Notes under the pieces: model-generated
The model's database searches: none
What the model was told of the DNA's origin: nothing
What the model saw: the letters and a program-made list of their open reading frames with translations, nothing else
Shown: positions 30,948-41,394 of the stretch, piece by piece
Layout of the letters: every line of letters starts with the position of its first letter
How positions within the stretch are numbered: position 1 is the first letter of the stretch
NCBI GenBank assembly: GCA_963708255.1
Contig: CAVPSE010000002.1
Coordinates: 437,842 to 501,841 of the forward strand
DNA from: an uncultured Thermoplasmata archaeon
GTDB taxonomy: Archaea; Thermoplasmatota; Thermoplasmata; Lutacidiplasmatales; UBA184
Length of the DNA stretch: 64,000 bases
Direction of reading: 5' to 3'
Program-made: the position numbers and the translations under genes

Positions 30948-31044
30948 ACCAGAGGCCGGCGGCGACCAGCAGGACCGCGAGGATGATGACCGTCCCGGCG
31001 ATCCAACCGGCGTAGGTCCCTTCGGACGCGCTCCCGGCGGCCAT
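30925..31044 (-). CDS. Possible 39-aa single-TM peptide
   Basis: ATG 31044: MAAGSASEGTYAGWIAGTVIILAVLLVAAGLWFNVHGFP*. Below the ORF-track length cutoff. It overlaps the methyltransferase 3' end. Weak. Confidence 0.2.
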   Translation of the reverse strand: MAAGSASEGTYAGWIAGTVIILAVLLVAAGLWFNVHGFP

Positions 31045-31098
31045 GCGGGGCGCGAGAGTTCCCGGGCTTATTTCCACTAGGGTACGTGCGAGGGCCGG

Positions 31099-31368
31099 TT
31101 ACCGGCCCGCGCCCGCCGCGTCGACCGGAGCGACCGTTATCCGAGGAGGGGCAGACGCTCGCAGGTCGGACGCTCCGCCAAGGCCGACCGGCGCCACCCC
31201 GTTGTGGGCGGGCGGCGTCTTCTCGCCGGGGATCCCCGTGTCGAGCCGGCCGGAGAGGCCCAGGTAGGCGATCGTCAGGGTCAGGGCGATCGCGATCGCG
31301 ATCACGATCACGAAGAGACGGATGGGGATCGGCGGAGGTCGGGCGGAGGGGGTCTGGGGGGTCGACAT
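31099..31368 (-). CDS. Small membrane-anchored protein, unknown
   Basis: ORF 31099..31368. One TM (IRLFVIVIAIAIALTLTIAYLGL). No convincing promoter seen. Confidence 0.3.
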   Translation of the reverse strand: MSTPQTPSARPPPIPIRLFVIVIAIAIALTLTIAYLGLSGRLDTGIPGEKTPPAHNGVAPVGLGGASDLRASAPPRITVAPVDAAGAGR

Positions 31369-31444
31369 CCCGGCGAACCGACCTCCTCCCGGTTCTTCTC
31401 CCCTTGGTCCGTCCGAACGTCCACCCGGAGGTCCGCTGGTTTAG

Positions 31445-31457
31445 GAAAGTTTAACTT
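31445..31457 (+). promoter_or_regulatory. TATA box upstream of the aquaporin gene
   Basis: GAAAGTTTAACTT is centred ~28 nt upstream of ATG 31479. Confidence 0.5.
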
Positions 31458-31478
31458 CGTCACGCCGTCCGGAATTTC

Positions 31479-32215
31479 ATGTCCTGGACTTCGTCGCAGA
31501 AGTACCTCGCCGAGTTCGTGGGGACGTTCGTCCTGCTTCTGCTGGGCGGCGGGTCCGCGGTGTTCACGGCCAGCGCGGGCTTCGAGCCGTTGGCCCGGGT
31601 CGTGGTCGTCTCCCTCACGTTCGGGTTCGTTCTCCTCGCCCTGGCGTACGCGTTCGGTGACATTTCGGGCGGCCACTTCAACCCCGCCGTGACGATCTCC
31701 ATGGCCGTCAACCGGCGGCTCCCGATGCGGGACGTGGTCCCGTACCTCGTCGCGCAGATCATCGGCGGGATCGTCGGGATCGCCGTGGTCTGGGGGATCG
31801 TCATCGGGTACGCCGGCCAGGTCACTCGAACGCCAAGGCGGCGGCGCTCGGCTCGCAGTGCTACGCCGGAGGCAGCGCCCCGTGCAACTACTCCCTCGGC
31901 TCGGTGTTCTTGCTGGAGGTCGCGATCACGTTCGCCTTCATCCTGGTGATCCAGCTGGTCACCCGCCCCGAGAACAGCGCGAAGAACCTTGCGCCCCTCG
32001 CCATCGGCGGCGCGCTACTCGTCGGGAACCTTGTGGCGATCCCGGTCGACGGGGCGTCCCTGAACCCGGTCCGCAGCTTCTCCCCGGCGTTGCTCTCGGT
32101 GCAGTTCTCGGGGGCCAACTGGGCCATCGACCAGTCGTGGCTGTTCTGGGTGGCCCCGATCATCGGCGGCATCCTGGCGGCGCTCGTCGAGATGTGGCTC
32201 CGGCCCAAGCCGTAA
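31479..32215 (+). CDS. Aquaporin (MIP family, AqpM/AqpZ-like)
   Basis: GGHFNPAVT and ASLNPVRS (two NPA boxes). ORF 31479 joined at ~31825 to the frame of ORF 31904..32215. Confidence 0.85.
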
Positions 32216-32267
32216 GCGGGCGAGGATGGGTCCGGCCCAGGGCCGGATCCCTGAATCCGAACGGGCC

Positions 32268-33128
32268 TTACGGTTCCTTCGGCTTCGCAGCCTTGGCGTG
32301 GGAGTGGCCGGCGTGCGCCTCTGGCGGCTCGGCGGGCGCCGGTTCGGCGGGGGACTCGTCGTCCTTCGGCGTCTCCGAGTCCTTGGCCTTCTCCTTGGCG
32401 GCCGGCGTGGCGAACTCCTCCACGAGCCGGATCATCTCGGGCTTGAGGTGACTGCGGATCTGGTCGATGACGCGGGGCTTGGCCGCGGCCCAACCGAAGT
32501 CGAACTTGGACCGGTCCGGGACCGTCACGGTCACGGTGTGGTGGTCCACGTCGACCTTGAACTCCGATCCGCGCCCGTACGTGAGATCGATGATCGCTCG
32601 GGCCTTCTCGACGGGCTCGGCGATCTTGGAGATGATCTTGAACGTGCCCTTGAGCTTGCGACCGGCGAACGGGGGGTTAAAATCCACCCGGACCCGGGCG
32701 GCCGTCAGCGTCACGACCCGGCCGCGCCGGCCGTTGATCGTCAGGACCGTTCCAATGTCGAGCGAGGCGTCGTCGCGCCGCATCTCGGGAAGACGGGAGA
32801 CCTCGTGCATGCTGAACAGTTCGATGAGCTTCGGGTCCCGCTCGCCGAACGCGTCCGCGGGGGCGAACTCCTTCGACCACTCCTCGCCGACCTTGGCACC
32901 CACCAGGGCGTTCTCGACGCCGCCGGGGAAGTAGTCGCCGCCGATGAGGTGGGCGTGGGGGCCCCACTTGTGGCCCTCGGGGGGCCGGAGTTCCGCCTTC
33001 TGGGCCACCTCCTCTCGGGTCGTGTCGACCAGCTCCGTCTTGCCCGCGCCCTCGGCCCACAGTTCATAATCGATGAGGACGAGGTCGCCGCTCTCCGTCG
33101 GAGCGTGCGCGTCCGCGTGGGGTGTCAT
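32268..33128 (-). CDS. Long-type FKBP peptidyl-prolyl cis-trans isomerase
   Basis: ORF 32268..33128, intact. IDYELWAEG...GGDYFPGGVENALVGAKVGE...VDFNPPFAGRKLKGTFKI plus an IF-insert and a C-terminal domain. K/E/P-rich tail with a His cluster. Confidence 0.85.
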   Translation of the reverse strand: MTPHADAHAPTESGDLVLIDYELWAEGAGKTELVDTTREEVAQKAELRPPEGHKWGPHAHLIGGDYFPGGVENALVGAKVGEEWSKEFAPADAFGERDPKLIELFSMHEVSRLPEMRRDDASLDIGTVLTINGRRGRVVTLTAARVRVDFNPPFAGRKLKGTFKIISKIAEPVEKARAIIDLTYGRGSEFKVDVDHHTVTVTVPDRSKFDFGWAAAKPRVIDQIRSHLKPEMIRLVEEFATPAAKEKAKDSETPKDDESPAEPAPAEPPEAHAGHSHAKAAKPKEP

Positions 33129-33152
33129 TGCGGCGCCGAGCCCGACGGCCGC

Positions 33153-34226
33153 TTAAGGCTTTGCGATGGCCGGGCCGTCGGACCTGTCCGGGGCGCCGGC
33201 GCGTCCGCCCCAACCGAACGTGAGGAGCCCGTGGAACGCGCCTACCAGGGTCGCCCATCGACGGGGAATCTCGAGAACGGCGTACCGAAGGCCCGGGTAG
33301 GTCCGATCGAGCTTCCGGCCCGCGAGGGTGAGCCCGAGTGAGAGCCCGGCGAACCCCACCGCCGCGATCAGCAGGAGGAGCTCTCCGAGCTCCCGCGTGG
33401 CCGGCGGGAGCAGCAGAACGGCGCCCACAACGGCCGTAAGCGGGAGCAGAAGGTACGGCGCGAGACGGCCGGTCGTCGCCTCGTAGGTCGTCCCCCGTCG
33501 ACGCCAGACGACATAGCCCCCCTCCGCGTAGATGCGTTGCTTCCTCAGCAAACCCCAAGTCGTGATGTCCGAGAAGTCGTGGTCGACCCACGCTTCAGGA
33601 ACGTACACGCCCTTCCAGCCTTTCGTGAGCACCCGGTCGGCGATCTCCTGGTCCTCGCTCGCGGCCCGACGGTACAGCGTCGTGTCCAGTAGCCCGACCT
33701 CCCGGAACACGGCGGCCCTCCAGGCGGAGTTCCCCATCGGCAAGGCGTGAGGCTGTCGCCGCGCGACCTCCTCGTAGAATCGACGCAGATACCCGTCATA
33801 GTAGCGGGCGCCCACCGTTCGCGCGGTGCCGGCCATCGCCGGCGTCGGACCCCCCGTGAACCCGACGTTCGGGTCTCCGAAGGGGCGGAGGAGGGCCTCG
33901 AGCCACCCGGGGGGAGCTACCTCGTCCGCGTCGAGGAACGCCACGAACTCGCCCGTCGCGGCCTTCAGCGCGATGTTCCGGCTCTCCGGGATGTTGCCGG
34001 GGGCCGGAAGGTGGCGCACCCGAGGGTCTCGGCGATGGAACTCCTCGGTGATGCGTTGGACGCGGTCATCCCCACCCCCGTCGTCGACCAAGACCTCGTC
34101 CGCCCCCCGTCGCTGCGCGAGCAGGCTCTCCAGGGTTCGGGCGACCCGGGGGTCCTTCAGGACAGTGACGATGACGCTCACGCGACCCGGGACGGTCTCA
34201 GAAAGGCCCTCGGGCGGCGCGCCCAT
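33153..34226 (-). CDS. Family 2 glycosyltransferase with C-terminal TM segments
   Basis: ATG 34226 within ORF 33153..34601. VSVIVTVLKD...VLVDDGGGDD...FLDADEV (DxD)...MGNSAWR. Three C-terminal TM helices. Confidence 0.8.
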   Translation of the reverse strand: MGAPPEGLSETVPGRVSVIVTVLKDPRVARTLESLLAQRRGADEVLVDDGGGDDRVQRITEEFHRRDPRVRHLPAPGNIPESRNIALKAATGEFVAFLDADEVAPPGWLEALLRPFGDPNVGFTGGPTPAMAGTARTVGARYYDGYLRRFYEEVARRQPHALPMGNSAWRAAVFREVGLLDTTLYRRAASEDQEIADRVLTKGWKGVYVPEAWVDHDFSDITTWGLLRKQRIYAEGGYVVWRRRGTTYEATTGRLAPYLLLPLTAVVGAVLLLPPATRELGELLLLIAAVGFAGLSLGLTLAGRKLDRTYPGLRYAVLEIPRRWATLVGAFHGLLTFGWGGRAGAPDRSDGPAIAKP

Positions 34227-34227
34227 G

Positions 34228-35187
34228 CTATGCCGACCGGGCGGCCAGCTCCGTGATCGTCTGATCGACCGCCTGGTGGGAGTTCCATCGTGGAGCCCAC
34301 CCGAGACCGCGGATCCTCGTCGTATCGAGGAGCTGGACTGGGATGTCGCCGGCCCAGCCCCGGCTCCCCCCGTGTACTCGATGCGGGCGTGGGCCCCCCG
34401 GGACGCCACGACCTTTTCGGCGATCTCCTTGACCGACACCTGATCCTCGGTGCCGAGGTTGTAGACGTCCACGGGCCCCGTGCCCTTCTGGGCGGCCACG
34501 AGCATCCCGAGGACGCAGTCCTCCGTCCTGAGCCAGCTCTTGGACTGACGACCGTCGCCCAGGACCTCGAGCCGTGCCGGGGTCCTTCCGTAGCTTCTCA
34601 AAGAAGTCGAAGATCACACCGTGGGTCATGGTGGGGCCGATGATGTTGGCGAACCGGTAGATCGTGGTCGAGAGCCCGTAGGTGTGGGCATACGCCCCGA
34701 GCAGCGCCTCGGAGGCGAGCTTGGAGGCCCCATAGAGCGACTGGGGGATCAGAGGCCCGTACTCCTCCGGGGTCGGGAACTTGTCCGGCAGCCCATAGAC
34801 CACCGACGAGGAGGAGAAGGCGACGAACGGGACCTCGGCCTTGCGCGCCGCCTCAAGAACGTGGAAGGTACCGACCGTCCCGTGTTCCAGGTCGAGGGAC
34901 GGCTCTTCGGTGCCGAGCCGGATGTCCGGATTGGCGGCCAGGTGGAACACGGACCCCGCACCTCGGACCGCCCGTGCCACCTCGGGGAGGTGCCGGATGT
35001 CCACCCGGTGGACGGTCAGGTGCGGGGCGTGGCCTCCCCCGGGCAGGTGGTCGGACCGGCCGGAGGAGAAGTTGTCGAGGACCCGGACCGCGGCCCCTTG
35101 GGCCAGCAGCTCCTGGACGAGGACCGAACCGATGGCACCGGCACCGCCGGTGACGACGACCGGCCGCTGGAGGTCGAGGCGCACCAT
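34228..35187 (-). CDS. NAD-dependent epimerase/dehydratase (UDP-glucose 4-epimerase family)
   Basis: VVVTGGAGAIGS Rossmann motif, YGASKLASE (YxxxK). The middle part is read in the frame of ORF 33153..34601 (LEVLGDGRQSKSWLRTEDCV...VYNLGTEDQVSVKEIA), then back. Two frame breaks. Confidence 0.8.
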   Translation of the reverse strand: MVRLDLQRPVVVTGGAGAIGSVLVQELLAQGAAVRVLDNFSSGRSDHLPGGGHAPHLTVHRVDIRHLPEVARAVRGAGSVFHLAANPDIRLGTEEPSLDLEHGTVGTFHVLEAARKAEVPFVAFSSSSVVYGLPDKFPTPEEYGPLIPQSLYGASKLASEALLGAYAHTYGLSTTIYRFANIIGPTMTHGVIFDFFEKLRKDPGTARGPGRRSSVQELAQDGGLRPRDARGRPEGHGARGRLQPRHRGSGVGQGDRRKGRGVPGGPRPHRVHGGSRGWAGDIPVQLLDTTRIRGLGWAPRWNSHQAVDQTITELAARSA

Positions 35188-35212
35188 CCGCAGGAAGAGT
35201 TCACCGGGGGAA

Positions 35213-35224
35213 GCATATATAACC
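35213..35224. promoter_or_regulatory. Palindromic TATA element between divergent genes
   Basis: GCATATATAACC lies 26-38 nt from the minus-strand ATG 35187 and ~46-57 nt from the plus-strand ATG 35270. Confidence 0.45.
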
Positions 35225-35269
35225 GCAGGGCCGCCTACTCGCCACTACCCACCCGTGGGGGTCGGGCCG

Positions 35270-35495
35270 ATGCGCACCTACGTACGCATGATCTTCCACT
35301 CGGAGGGTGCGAGCCCGGCCGCCATCGTGGGCGTCATGCGAGGGCTCGGGTTCGAGGAGTCGATGGGGATGCATGATTTCGTTTTCAAGTGGAAGGAGAA
35401 GGCCACCCTCGAAGAGGTCCTCCGGCTCATCGGCGAGATGCACGCGAAGATGAAGGGCTTCGAACGTCAACTACGAGATCACGACGATCACCTAG
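35270..35495 (+). CDS. Small conserved-looking alpha/beta protein, unknown function
   Basis: MRTYVRMIFHSEGASPAAIVGVMRGLGFEESMGMHDFVFKWKEKATLEEVLRLIGEMHAKMKGF, then (frame break ~35455-35463) NVNYEITTIT*. In the track it is fused in-frame to the next gene. Confidence 0.35.
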
Positions 35496-35515
35496 GCCGC
35501 GACGACGGACCAGGC

Positions 35516-35902
35516 ATGGGAAAGGAAGAGCTGGACCGGTTGGAACGCTCCCTCCTAGTCCACCTGCTGGACCACCGGGGCCAACAGGTCCGGTTCGAGG
35601 CCGATCAGTGGACCACGGAGTTCGGGATCTTCCGTGCGTTCGGGGAGGTGGACGGCTCCAGTCTGAAGGTCGCGTTACGGGCCCTCGAGATGGGTCGCTA
35701 CATCTACCGTCGTGTCCAGTACGTGATCGGCTACAGCGAGCCAAAGCTCGTCTACTCGCTCACCCCGTCAGGCCACCGCAAGGCGGTCGATATCCGCCGC
35801 GAGGTGGAGGGCGACGCCGTACCGGCCGTGACGGGCAATCTCGCCGAGCCGGACCCGGACCCCGCGCCGTTCGCCGCGCCGGCGCCGTGGCGCGACGGGT
35901 GA
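35516..35902 (+). CDS. Putative winged-helix DNA-binding protein
   Basis: ATG 35516: MGKEELDRLERSLLVHLLDHRGQQV...SSLKVALRALEMGRYIYRRVQYVIGYSEPKLVYSLTPSG. wHTH-like recognition helix plus wing. Tentative. Confidence 0.35.
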   Translation: MGKEELDRLERSLLVHLLDHRGQQVRFEADQWTTEFGIFRAFGEVDGSSLKVALRALEMGRYIYRRVQYVIGYSEPKLVYSLTPSGHRKAVDIRREVEGDAVPAVTGNLAEPDPDPAPFAAPAPWRDG

Positions 35903-35905
35903 CCC

Positions 35906-36470
35906 ATGCCGGCGCCCGTGCCGGTCCTGGAAGGGCCGACGGTCCGGCTGCGCCCACCGCGGTCCGCGGACATGATGACCCTGTTCGGGTGGTACAACGA
36001 CCCGGAGACGGTCGCGCCGTTCGATCGGTTCAGCCTCGACACGCTTTGAATCCTTCCAATCGGCGGTGTCGGCGGCGCCCGACGATCCGCGCTCCCTGGC
36101 CCCACGGTTCGTGGTGGAACGCCGGGAGGGGAGCAAGGTCGTCGGCTTCGTGGGCCACTACCAGGCGCACCCGGTCCTGGAGATGACGGACGTATGGTAC
36201 GTGCTCGGCGACCGCGCAGAGCGCGGCAAGGGGTACGGCCGGGAGGCCGTCGGCCTGCTCGTCGACTACCTGTTCCACGAGCTCCACCTGGCCCGCGTGG
36301 GGGCAACGGCGGACACCTCCAACGCCCCGTCGCTGAAGATCCTCGAGCGCCTCGGCTTCCGACGGGAGGGGACCCTCCGGTCGGCGCTCTACCACCACGC
36401 GGCCTGGCACGACGTGGCCGTCTTCGGGGTTACCCGGTCGGAGTGGTCGGCGCGACCGCGGCCAGCGTGA
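35906..36470 (+). CDS. GNAT N-acetyltransferase (RimJ/RimL-like)
   Basis: MPAPVPVLEGPTVRLRPPRSADMMTLFGWYNDPE..., frame break ~36045, then ORF 36066..36470 (RGKGYGREAVGLLVDYLFHELHLARVGATADTSNAPSLKILERLGFRREG). Confidence 0.7.
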
Positions 36471-37192
36471 ACCGGACTCGGGTACCGCCTTCGGGAAGCG
36501 GCTCGAACGGGGCGAGGACGAACTGGCCCGCCTCCGTGGTCGACCGGAGGTGAGTCCCGCCGCACGGGCACCGGTCCGCGGCCTCGATCTCCACGACCCG
36601 TACCGGGTCCACATGGGGGGGGAGGGGGACCAGCCCGCTCCGGGCTCCCGGGTCCCGATCGTAGTCGGCCCGTGGGACCTGGCGAATCCGGACCGGGCAG
36701 GTTCCGGTCGAGCTGGGTGCGAAGGTCCGCCGAGATGTCGGCGAGCTCCTCCGACCCTTCGAGCGCCGGGGCCTCGAGGTCGAGCGTCCCGGAGCTGCCG
36801 TCCAGCCGGGCGCGGACCGTCCGACGGCCCTTCCTTTCGAACAGGCGAGCGCTGAGGAGGTGCTGGGTCGTGTGGAGCCGCATGTGCCGGTACCGGCGGT
36901 CCCAGTCGAGGACCCCCTCTACTTCCTGGCCCAGTGCCGGCACGGCGGTGCCGCGGTGTCGGCCGATCCGGTGAAGGACGGCGTCGCCGCTCTTCGACAC
37001 GTCCGCGATGGGGAGCTCCGTTCCGCCCGGGAGCCTCAGGACTCCCCAGATCGGCCGGCTGACCGCCGCCCACCGGATAGAAGAACGTCCGATCGAGGAC
37101 CACAGCACTGGGCGGCAGCGCGACGATATGGGCCCGGAACGAACGGACGTACGCCGCATCGCTGTCGCTGAGGTAGATAGCTCGGTCCCCAT
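36430..37192 (-). CDS. alaX: Alanyl-tRNA editing protein AlaX (AlaRS second-additional-domain homolog)
   Basis: LDRTFFYPVGGGQPADLG, MRLHTTQHLLSA (HxxxH), CPCGGTHL. Pieces from ORFs 36030..37238, 36389..37192 and 36430..36612. At least 3 frame breaks. Confidence 0.8.
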
Positions 37193-37237
37193 GGTAGCTC
37201 GCGGCGTCGACGGTGCGCCGCCCGTACCGGTTACGCA

Positions 37238-37249
37238 AACCTATTTAGC
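37238..37249 (+). promoter_or_regulatory. TATA-like element upstream of pcn
   Basis: AAACCTATTTAG is centred ~39 nt upstream of ATG 37283. Confidence 0.4.
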
Positions 37250-37282
37250 AGGCCCCTCCGTGGACGCGCCCCGAGGCTCCCG

Positions 37283-38020
37283 ATGTTCAAAGCACGCATC
37301 CGCATGGAGGTCCTCCGGGAGGTCACGGAGGTCATCTCCACCCTGGTCTCCGAGGTCAAGCTGGCGGTCTCCAAGGACGGCATTGACGTCAAGGCGGTGG
37401 ACCCGTCGCACGTGGCGATGCTCGTCCTCAAGCTCAACAAGAGCGCCTTCGAGGAGTTCACCGGGGAACCGACCGAGATCGGTATCGACGTCGAGAAGGT
37501 GAAGGAGGTCCTTCGGCTCTCGAAGCCGGGCGACATCCTCGACCTGCAGTACGACGGCGGAAAGAACCGGCTCGTGATCAAGGTCGGGAAGCTCACGCGC
37601 CACATGTCGGTGGTCGATCCCGCCGGCATCACCGACCCGAAGGTCCCGAACGTCACCCCCCCGGGGATGGCGATCGTCAAGATGGATGACCTCCGGCAGG
37701 GGATCCGCGCCAGCGAATCGATCTCCGACCACGTCACCCTTACCCTGGAGCCCGATGGGTTCACGATGTACTCCGAGGGCGAGACCGACCGGGTCGATCT
37801 CAAGCTCCCGAAGGACAGCCTCGGCAAGCTCGAAGCGAAGGAGACGGTCAAGAGCATGTACCCGCTCGATTTCTTCTCGAGCATGGTGAAGTCCATCAGC
37901 ACTAGCTCGGACGTCACCCTCCACATCGGGAACGAGTATCCGCTCAAGCTGGAGTTCTCGGTGGCCGACGGCAAGGGCGAGGGTCGGTTCCTCCTGGCCC
38001 CCCGCGTCGAAGAGGACTGA
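37283..38020 (+). CDS. pcn: DNA polymerase sliding clamp (PCNA)
   Basis: ORF 37283..38020, intact, 245 aa. Typical archaeal PCNA two-domain pattern ending FLLAPRVEED. Confidence 0.95.
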   Translation: MFKARIRMEVLREVTEVISTLVSEVKLAVSKDGIDVKAVDPSHVAMLVLKLNKSAFEEFTGEPTEIGIDVEKVKEVLRLSKPGDILDLQYDGGKNRLVIKVGKLTRHMSVVDPAGITDPKVPNVTPPGMAIVKMDDLRQGIRASESISDHVTLTLEPDGFTMYSEGETDRVDLKLPKDSLGKLEAKETVKSMYPLDFFSSMVKSISTSSDVTLHIGNEYPLKLEFSVADGKGEGRFLLAPRVEED

Positions 38021-38113
38021 CCCCGACCGCGGCGCCCGCCCCGCGACTCGTCGAGCGGCCGGCGGCGCGACCGGGCCGCCAGCGTCTTAATCGCGCCCGG
38101 GGTGATTGACGAC

Positions 38114-39313
38114 GTGCCCGTCCCCCCCGACGCGTAGCGATCCTCAGCGCCGTCCGGACCCCGATCGGAAAGTACGGGGGCGCGCTCCGGACCACGCCGG
38201 CGGTCGCCTTGGGCACGCTGGCGGCCCACGCTGCCCTAGAACGAGCGAAGGTCGCCCCGTCGGACATCCCGATGCTCTACTTCGGTCACTGTGTCCAGGC
38301 GGGCACGGGCCAGAACCCGGCCCGCCAGGTGCTCCGGGGGGCTCGCATCCCGGACACGTCCGGCGCCCTGACGGTCAACATGGTCTGTGGCTCCGGGATG
38401 GCCGCTCTCTTCAGTGGGGCAGCGGCGATCCGGGCCGGGGACCACGAGATCGTCGTCGCCGGCGGCATGGAGAGCATGTCCGGCGCACCGTACCTGTTGC
38501 AGCCGGGTGCGGTGGGGGCTCCGTCTCGGCCCGTCCACCGTCGAAGATGCGCTCCAGCGGGATGCCCTCTCGGACGCGTACGGCGAGCACGAGGCGATGG
38601 GGCTGACCGGGGAGCGGATCGCCCGCGAGCTCGGGCTGTCCCGGGCGCAGCTCGACGCGTACGCCCTGCGGAGCCACTTGGCGGCCGCCAAGGCCCGGTC
38701 CGATGGCACCTTCCGGGCCGAGTCGGTCCCAGTGCCCGCGTCGCTGACGCCGGGCGGAGCCGGCCTCTCAGACGACGAGGGCCCGAGAGCGGACACGACC
38801 CTCGAAGGACTCTCCAAGCTCCGCTCGTCGTTCGACGCCCACGGGGTCCTGACGGCCGGGAACTCCTCCCAGCTCTCGGATGGGGCCGCCGCGGTCGTCC
38901 TCGCGTCCGAGGAAGAGGTCCGTCGGCGGGGGGCGACCCCCATCGCATGGCTCCACAGCGGCGCGGTGAGCGGCGTCTCCCCGGAGCGGGTGATGGAGGC
39001 GCCCATCCCGACGGTGCGGGCCCACCTCGCGCGGGAGAAGATCGCGCCGTCGGAGTTCGATCGGGTCGAGCACAACGAGGCATTCGCCTCCGCCTCCATC
39101 GCCGTCCAGAAGGCGTTCGGGTTCACGGACCGTCAGTTCAACGTCAACGGCGGCGCCATTGCGCTTGGCCACCCGATCGGGGCGAGCGGCTGCCGGATCG
39201 TGGTCACCCTCCTTCACGAGCTGATCCGGTCGAACGGGCGGTTGGGCCTCGCCACCCTCTGCATGGGCGGGGGCAATGGTCTCAGCCTGATCGTCGACCG
39301 GCGCGACCTCTAG
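38114..39313 (+). CDS. Acetyl-CoA C-acetyltransferase (thiolase)
   Basis: VAILSAVRTPIGKYGG, NMVCGSGM (active Cys), NEAFAS, GGAIALGHPIGASG, LCMGGGNG. GTG 38114 (or 38102) followed by a frame break in the C7 run 38122-38128. Second break ~38510. Confidence 0.9.
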
Positions 39314-40534
39314 GCCGCGCCCAGCAGGGAAACCCCGAGAAGTCTCTCGATCGACCGGAGCGCTCGACGCGCATGGGGCCGTTCCCCCCGGGCCACGGTC
39401 GGCTGGTCCGTCGCCCCGATCTCGTCGGCCAGGGCCCGCAGGTGGTTGAGGGCGTCATGGCTGCGCAGGCCGTCCTCGAGGGCGACCGCGACCGCGGTCT
39501 CAGCGGCCTCGTAGCGGGAGCAGCCGATGGAGCCGCCGCTGGAGGCCACGGAGGCCGTAAGGATGGCGGCGATCCGGTCATGCTCCGCCTTCGCCCGCTG
39601 GAGTGCGGTCTCATTCCACTCCAGACGGACCGAGTACCGGCGGCCCGAGAAGGTACCACCGAAGCGCCGACCGCCCGACATCCTCGAGGGCGGAGCGCAG
39701 GGGGACGAGATGCCCCCGGGACTTGGACATCTTCCGGCCGTCCTCGGTGACGAACGCCGTATGGACGAGCGTCCGGGAGAACAGGGTCCCATTGAGGGTG
39801 AGCGCCACCTCGTTCTCGGCGTAATGGTGGGGGAAGATCAGGTCCATCCCGCCGCCATGGAGGTCGACCGGGAGGCCGAGGAGGTGGCTCGCCATCGTGT
39901 AACACTCCAGGTGCCACCCGGGCACGCCCGGCCCCCAGGGGCTCGGGAAGGAAGGTAGAGGAGGATCCTGGGGCTTCCAGACGAGGAACTCGAGGGCCGC
40001 GCCCATGGCGGCCTCGATCGGGTGGCCCGGCTCGGCGACCGCATGGCGTTCCAGCTGGGGGCCAACGGGGAAGTTCTCGGACGCGTGGGTCGGGTCGGGG
40101 GAGTAGACGTACCCCTCGTCGGTGCGGCGGACCCGACCCGTCCGCTCGAGCCGTCGTGCGACCTCGACCATCCGCCCCACGTACGCGGACGCCCTCGGGC
40201 GGACGTGCGGGGGAAGCACCCCGAGGTCCCCCAGGTCCTTCGAGAACCGTTGTTCCTCCCGACGGGCGAGGGTCTGCCACGGGACGCCGAGGGCGTGGGC
40301 CCGAGCCGTGATCTTGTCCTCCACATCTGTGAAGTTCATCACGTGACGGACCGGGACACCATCCTCCCGGAGGAGCCGCCGGACCAGGTCGAAGTACAGG
40401 TACGTGCGTCCGTGGCCGACGTGGGCGACATCGTACACGGTCGGACCGCAGACATAGAGGGTCAGGGGCCGTCCCCGGATGGCGCCGAGGCGGTGGGTTC
40501 GCCCCGTCAGGGAGTCGCGGATCCGCAACGACAT
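39310..40534 (-). CDS. cysS: Cysteinyl-tRNA synthetase
   Basis: ORF 39611..40534: CGPTVYDVAHVGHGRTY (HIGH), GWHLEC, KMSKS. The C-terminal domain continues in ORF 39310..39792 after a frame break ~39650. Confidence 0.9.
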
Positions 40535-40657
40535 TCGGACGACCCTGCCGGGGCGGAGGCCCGCTTAACCCTTGGGGAGGCCGGGAGGGCCAGTAGGCCT
40601 CCCCGCCCGGGACGCTAGGCTCAAGAGGTGCCCCGCTGGTGGGCCTTCGCAGGTCGG

Positions 40658-40895
40658 ATGGAGGCCCTCTATCTTCTCGTCGAGACGGACGTGGGGGCCC
40701 TTGAGGAGGTCGCCCGCCGGGTCCGGCTCATCGCCCACGTCGTGGAGGTGCACGGGGTCACCGGCCCGTACCGATCTGATCGTGAAGATCGAGGCCCCCC
40801 ACATCAACACCGCGCTCGACGTGGTCGTCTCGAAGATCCGCAAGATCCCCGGCATCAAGGCGACCGAGACCCTCGTCACCATGGGCCAACCGTAG
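40658..40895 (+). CDS. Lrp/AsnC ligand-binding (RAM) domain-only protein
   Basis: MEALYLLVETDVGALEEVARRVRLIAHVVEVHGVTGPY, then (frame break ~40775) DLIVKIEAPHINTALDVVVSKIRKIPGIKATETLVTM. Confidence 0.65.
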
Positions 40896-40937
40896 CCCTC
40901 CGGACCGGGTTATATGGGACCGTCGGCCTGAGCGGGC

Positions 40938-41375
40938 ATGCCAGCTCCCGGCGAAGCCGCCCCCGATTTCGACGCCCCGACCCACGACGGAAAGCGCCTG
41001 CGACTCTCCTCGCTCCGCGGTCATCCGACCGTATTGTACTTTTACCCGGAGGCCGACACCCCCGGCTGCACCTCCGAGTCGAAGGGGCTTCGGGACATCT
41101 ACCCCCAGCTGAAGGCGAAGAAGGTGGAGGTCGTGGGGGTGAGCACCGACTCGGTCGGTGCCCAGTGCAATTTCGCGGAGAAGTACTCTCTGCCGTTCCC
41201 TCTCGTGGCGGACGACTCGAAGCAGGTTGGGACCGCGTACGGCGTCCTGAACCCGCGGGGCCGTGCGCGACGGGTCACGTTCTTCATCGATGCCGGGGGA
41301 AAGGTCACGGACGTCCTCGACACCTCGAACGCCGCGGCGCACGTCACCAAGGTCCGTGAGATGTTCCTCGCCTAG
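40938..41375 (+). CDS. bcp: Thiol peroxidase Bcp (peroxiredoxin Q type)
   Basis: ORF 40938..41375, intact. APDFDAPTHDGKRLRLSSLRGHPTVLYFYPEADTPGCTSE. Confidence 0.9.
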   Translation: MPAPGEAAPDFDAPTHDGKRLRLSSLRGHPTVLYFYPEADTPGCTSESKGLRDIYPQLKAKKVEVVGVSTDSVGAQCNFAEKYSLPFPLVADDSKQVGTAYGVLNPRGRARRVTFFIDAGGKVTDVLDTSNAAAHVTKVREMFLA

Positions 41376-41394
41376 GCGCCACGCTCGAGGTCGG

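Noticed and set aside
31283-31310. Short periodic repeat ggcgatcgcgatcgcgatcacgatcacg, checked as a possible micro-CRISPR or satellite.
   Set aside because: The 6-nt period reflects an (Ile-Ala)n transmembrane helix in ORF 31099..31368 on the minus strand. There is no spacer-repeat organisation.
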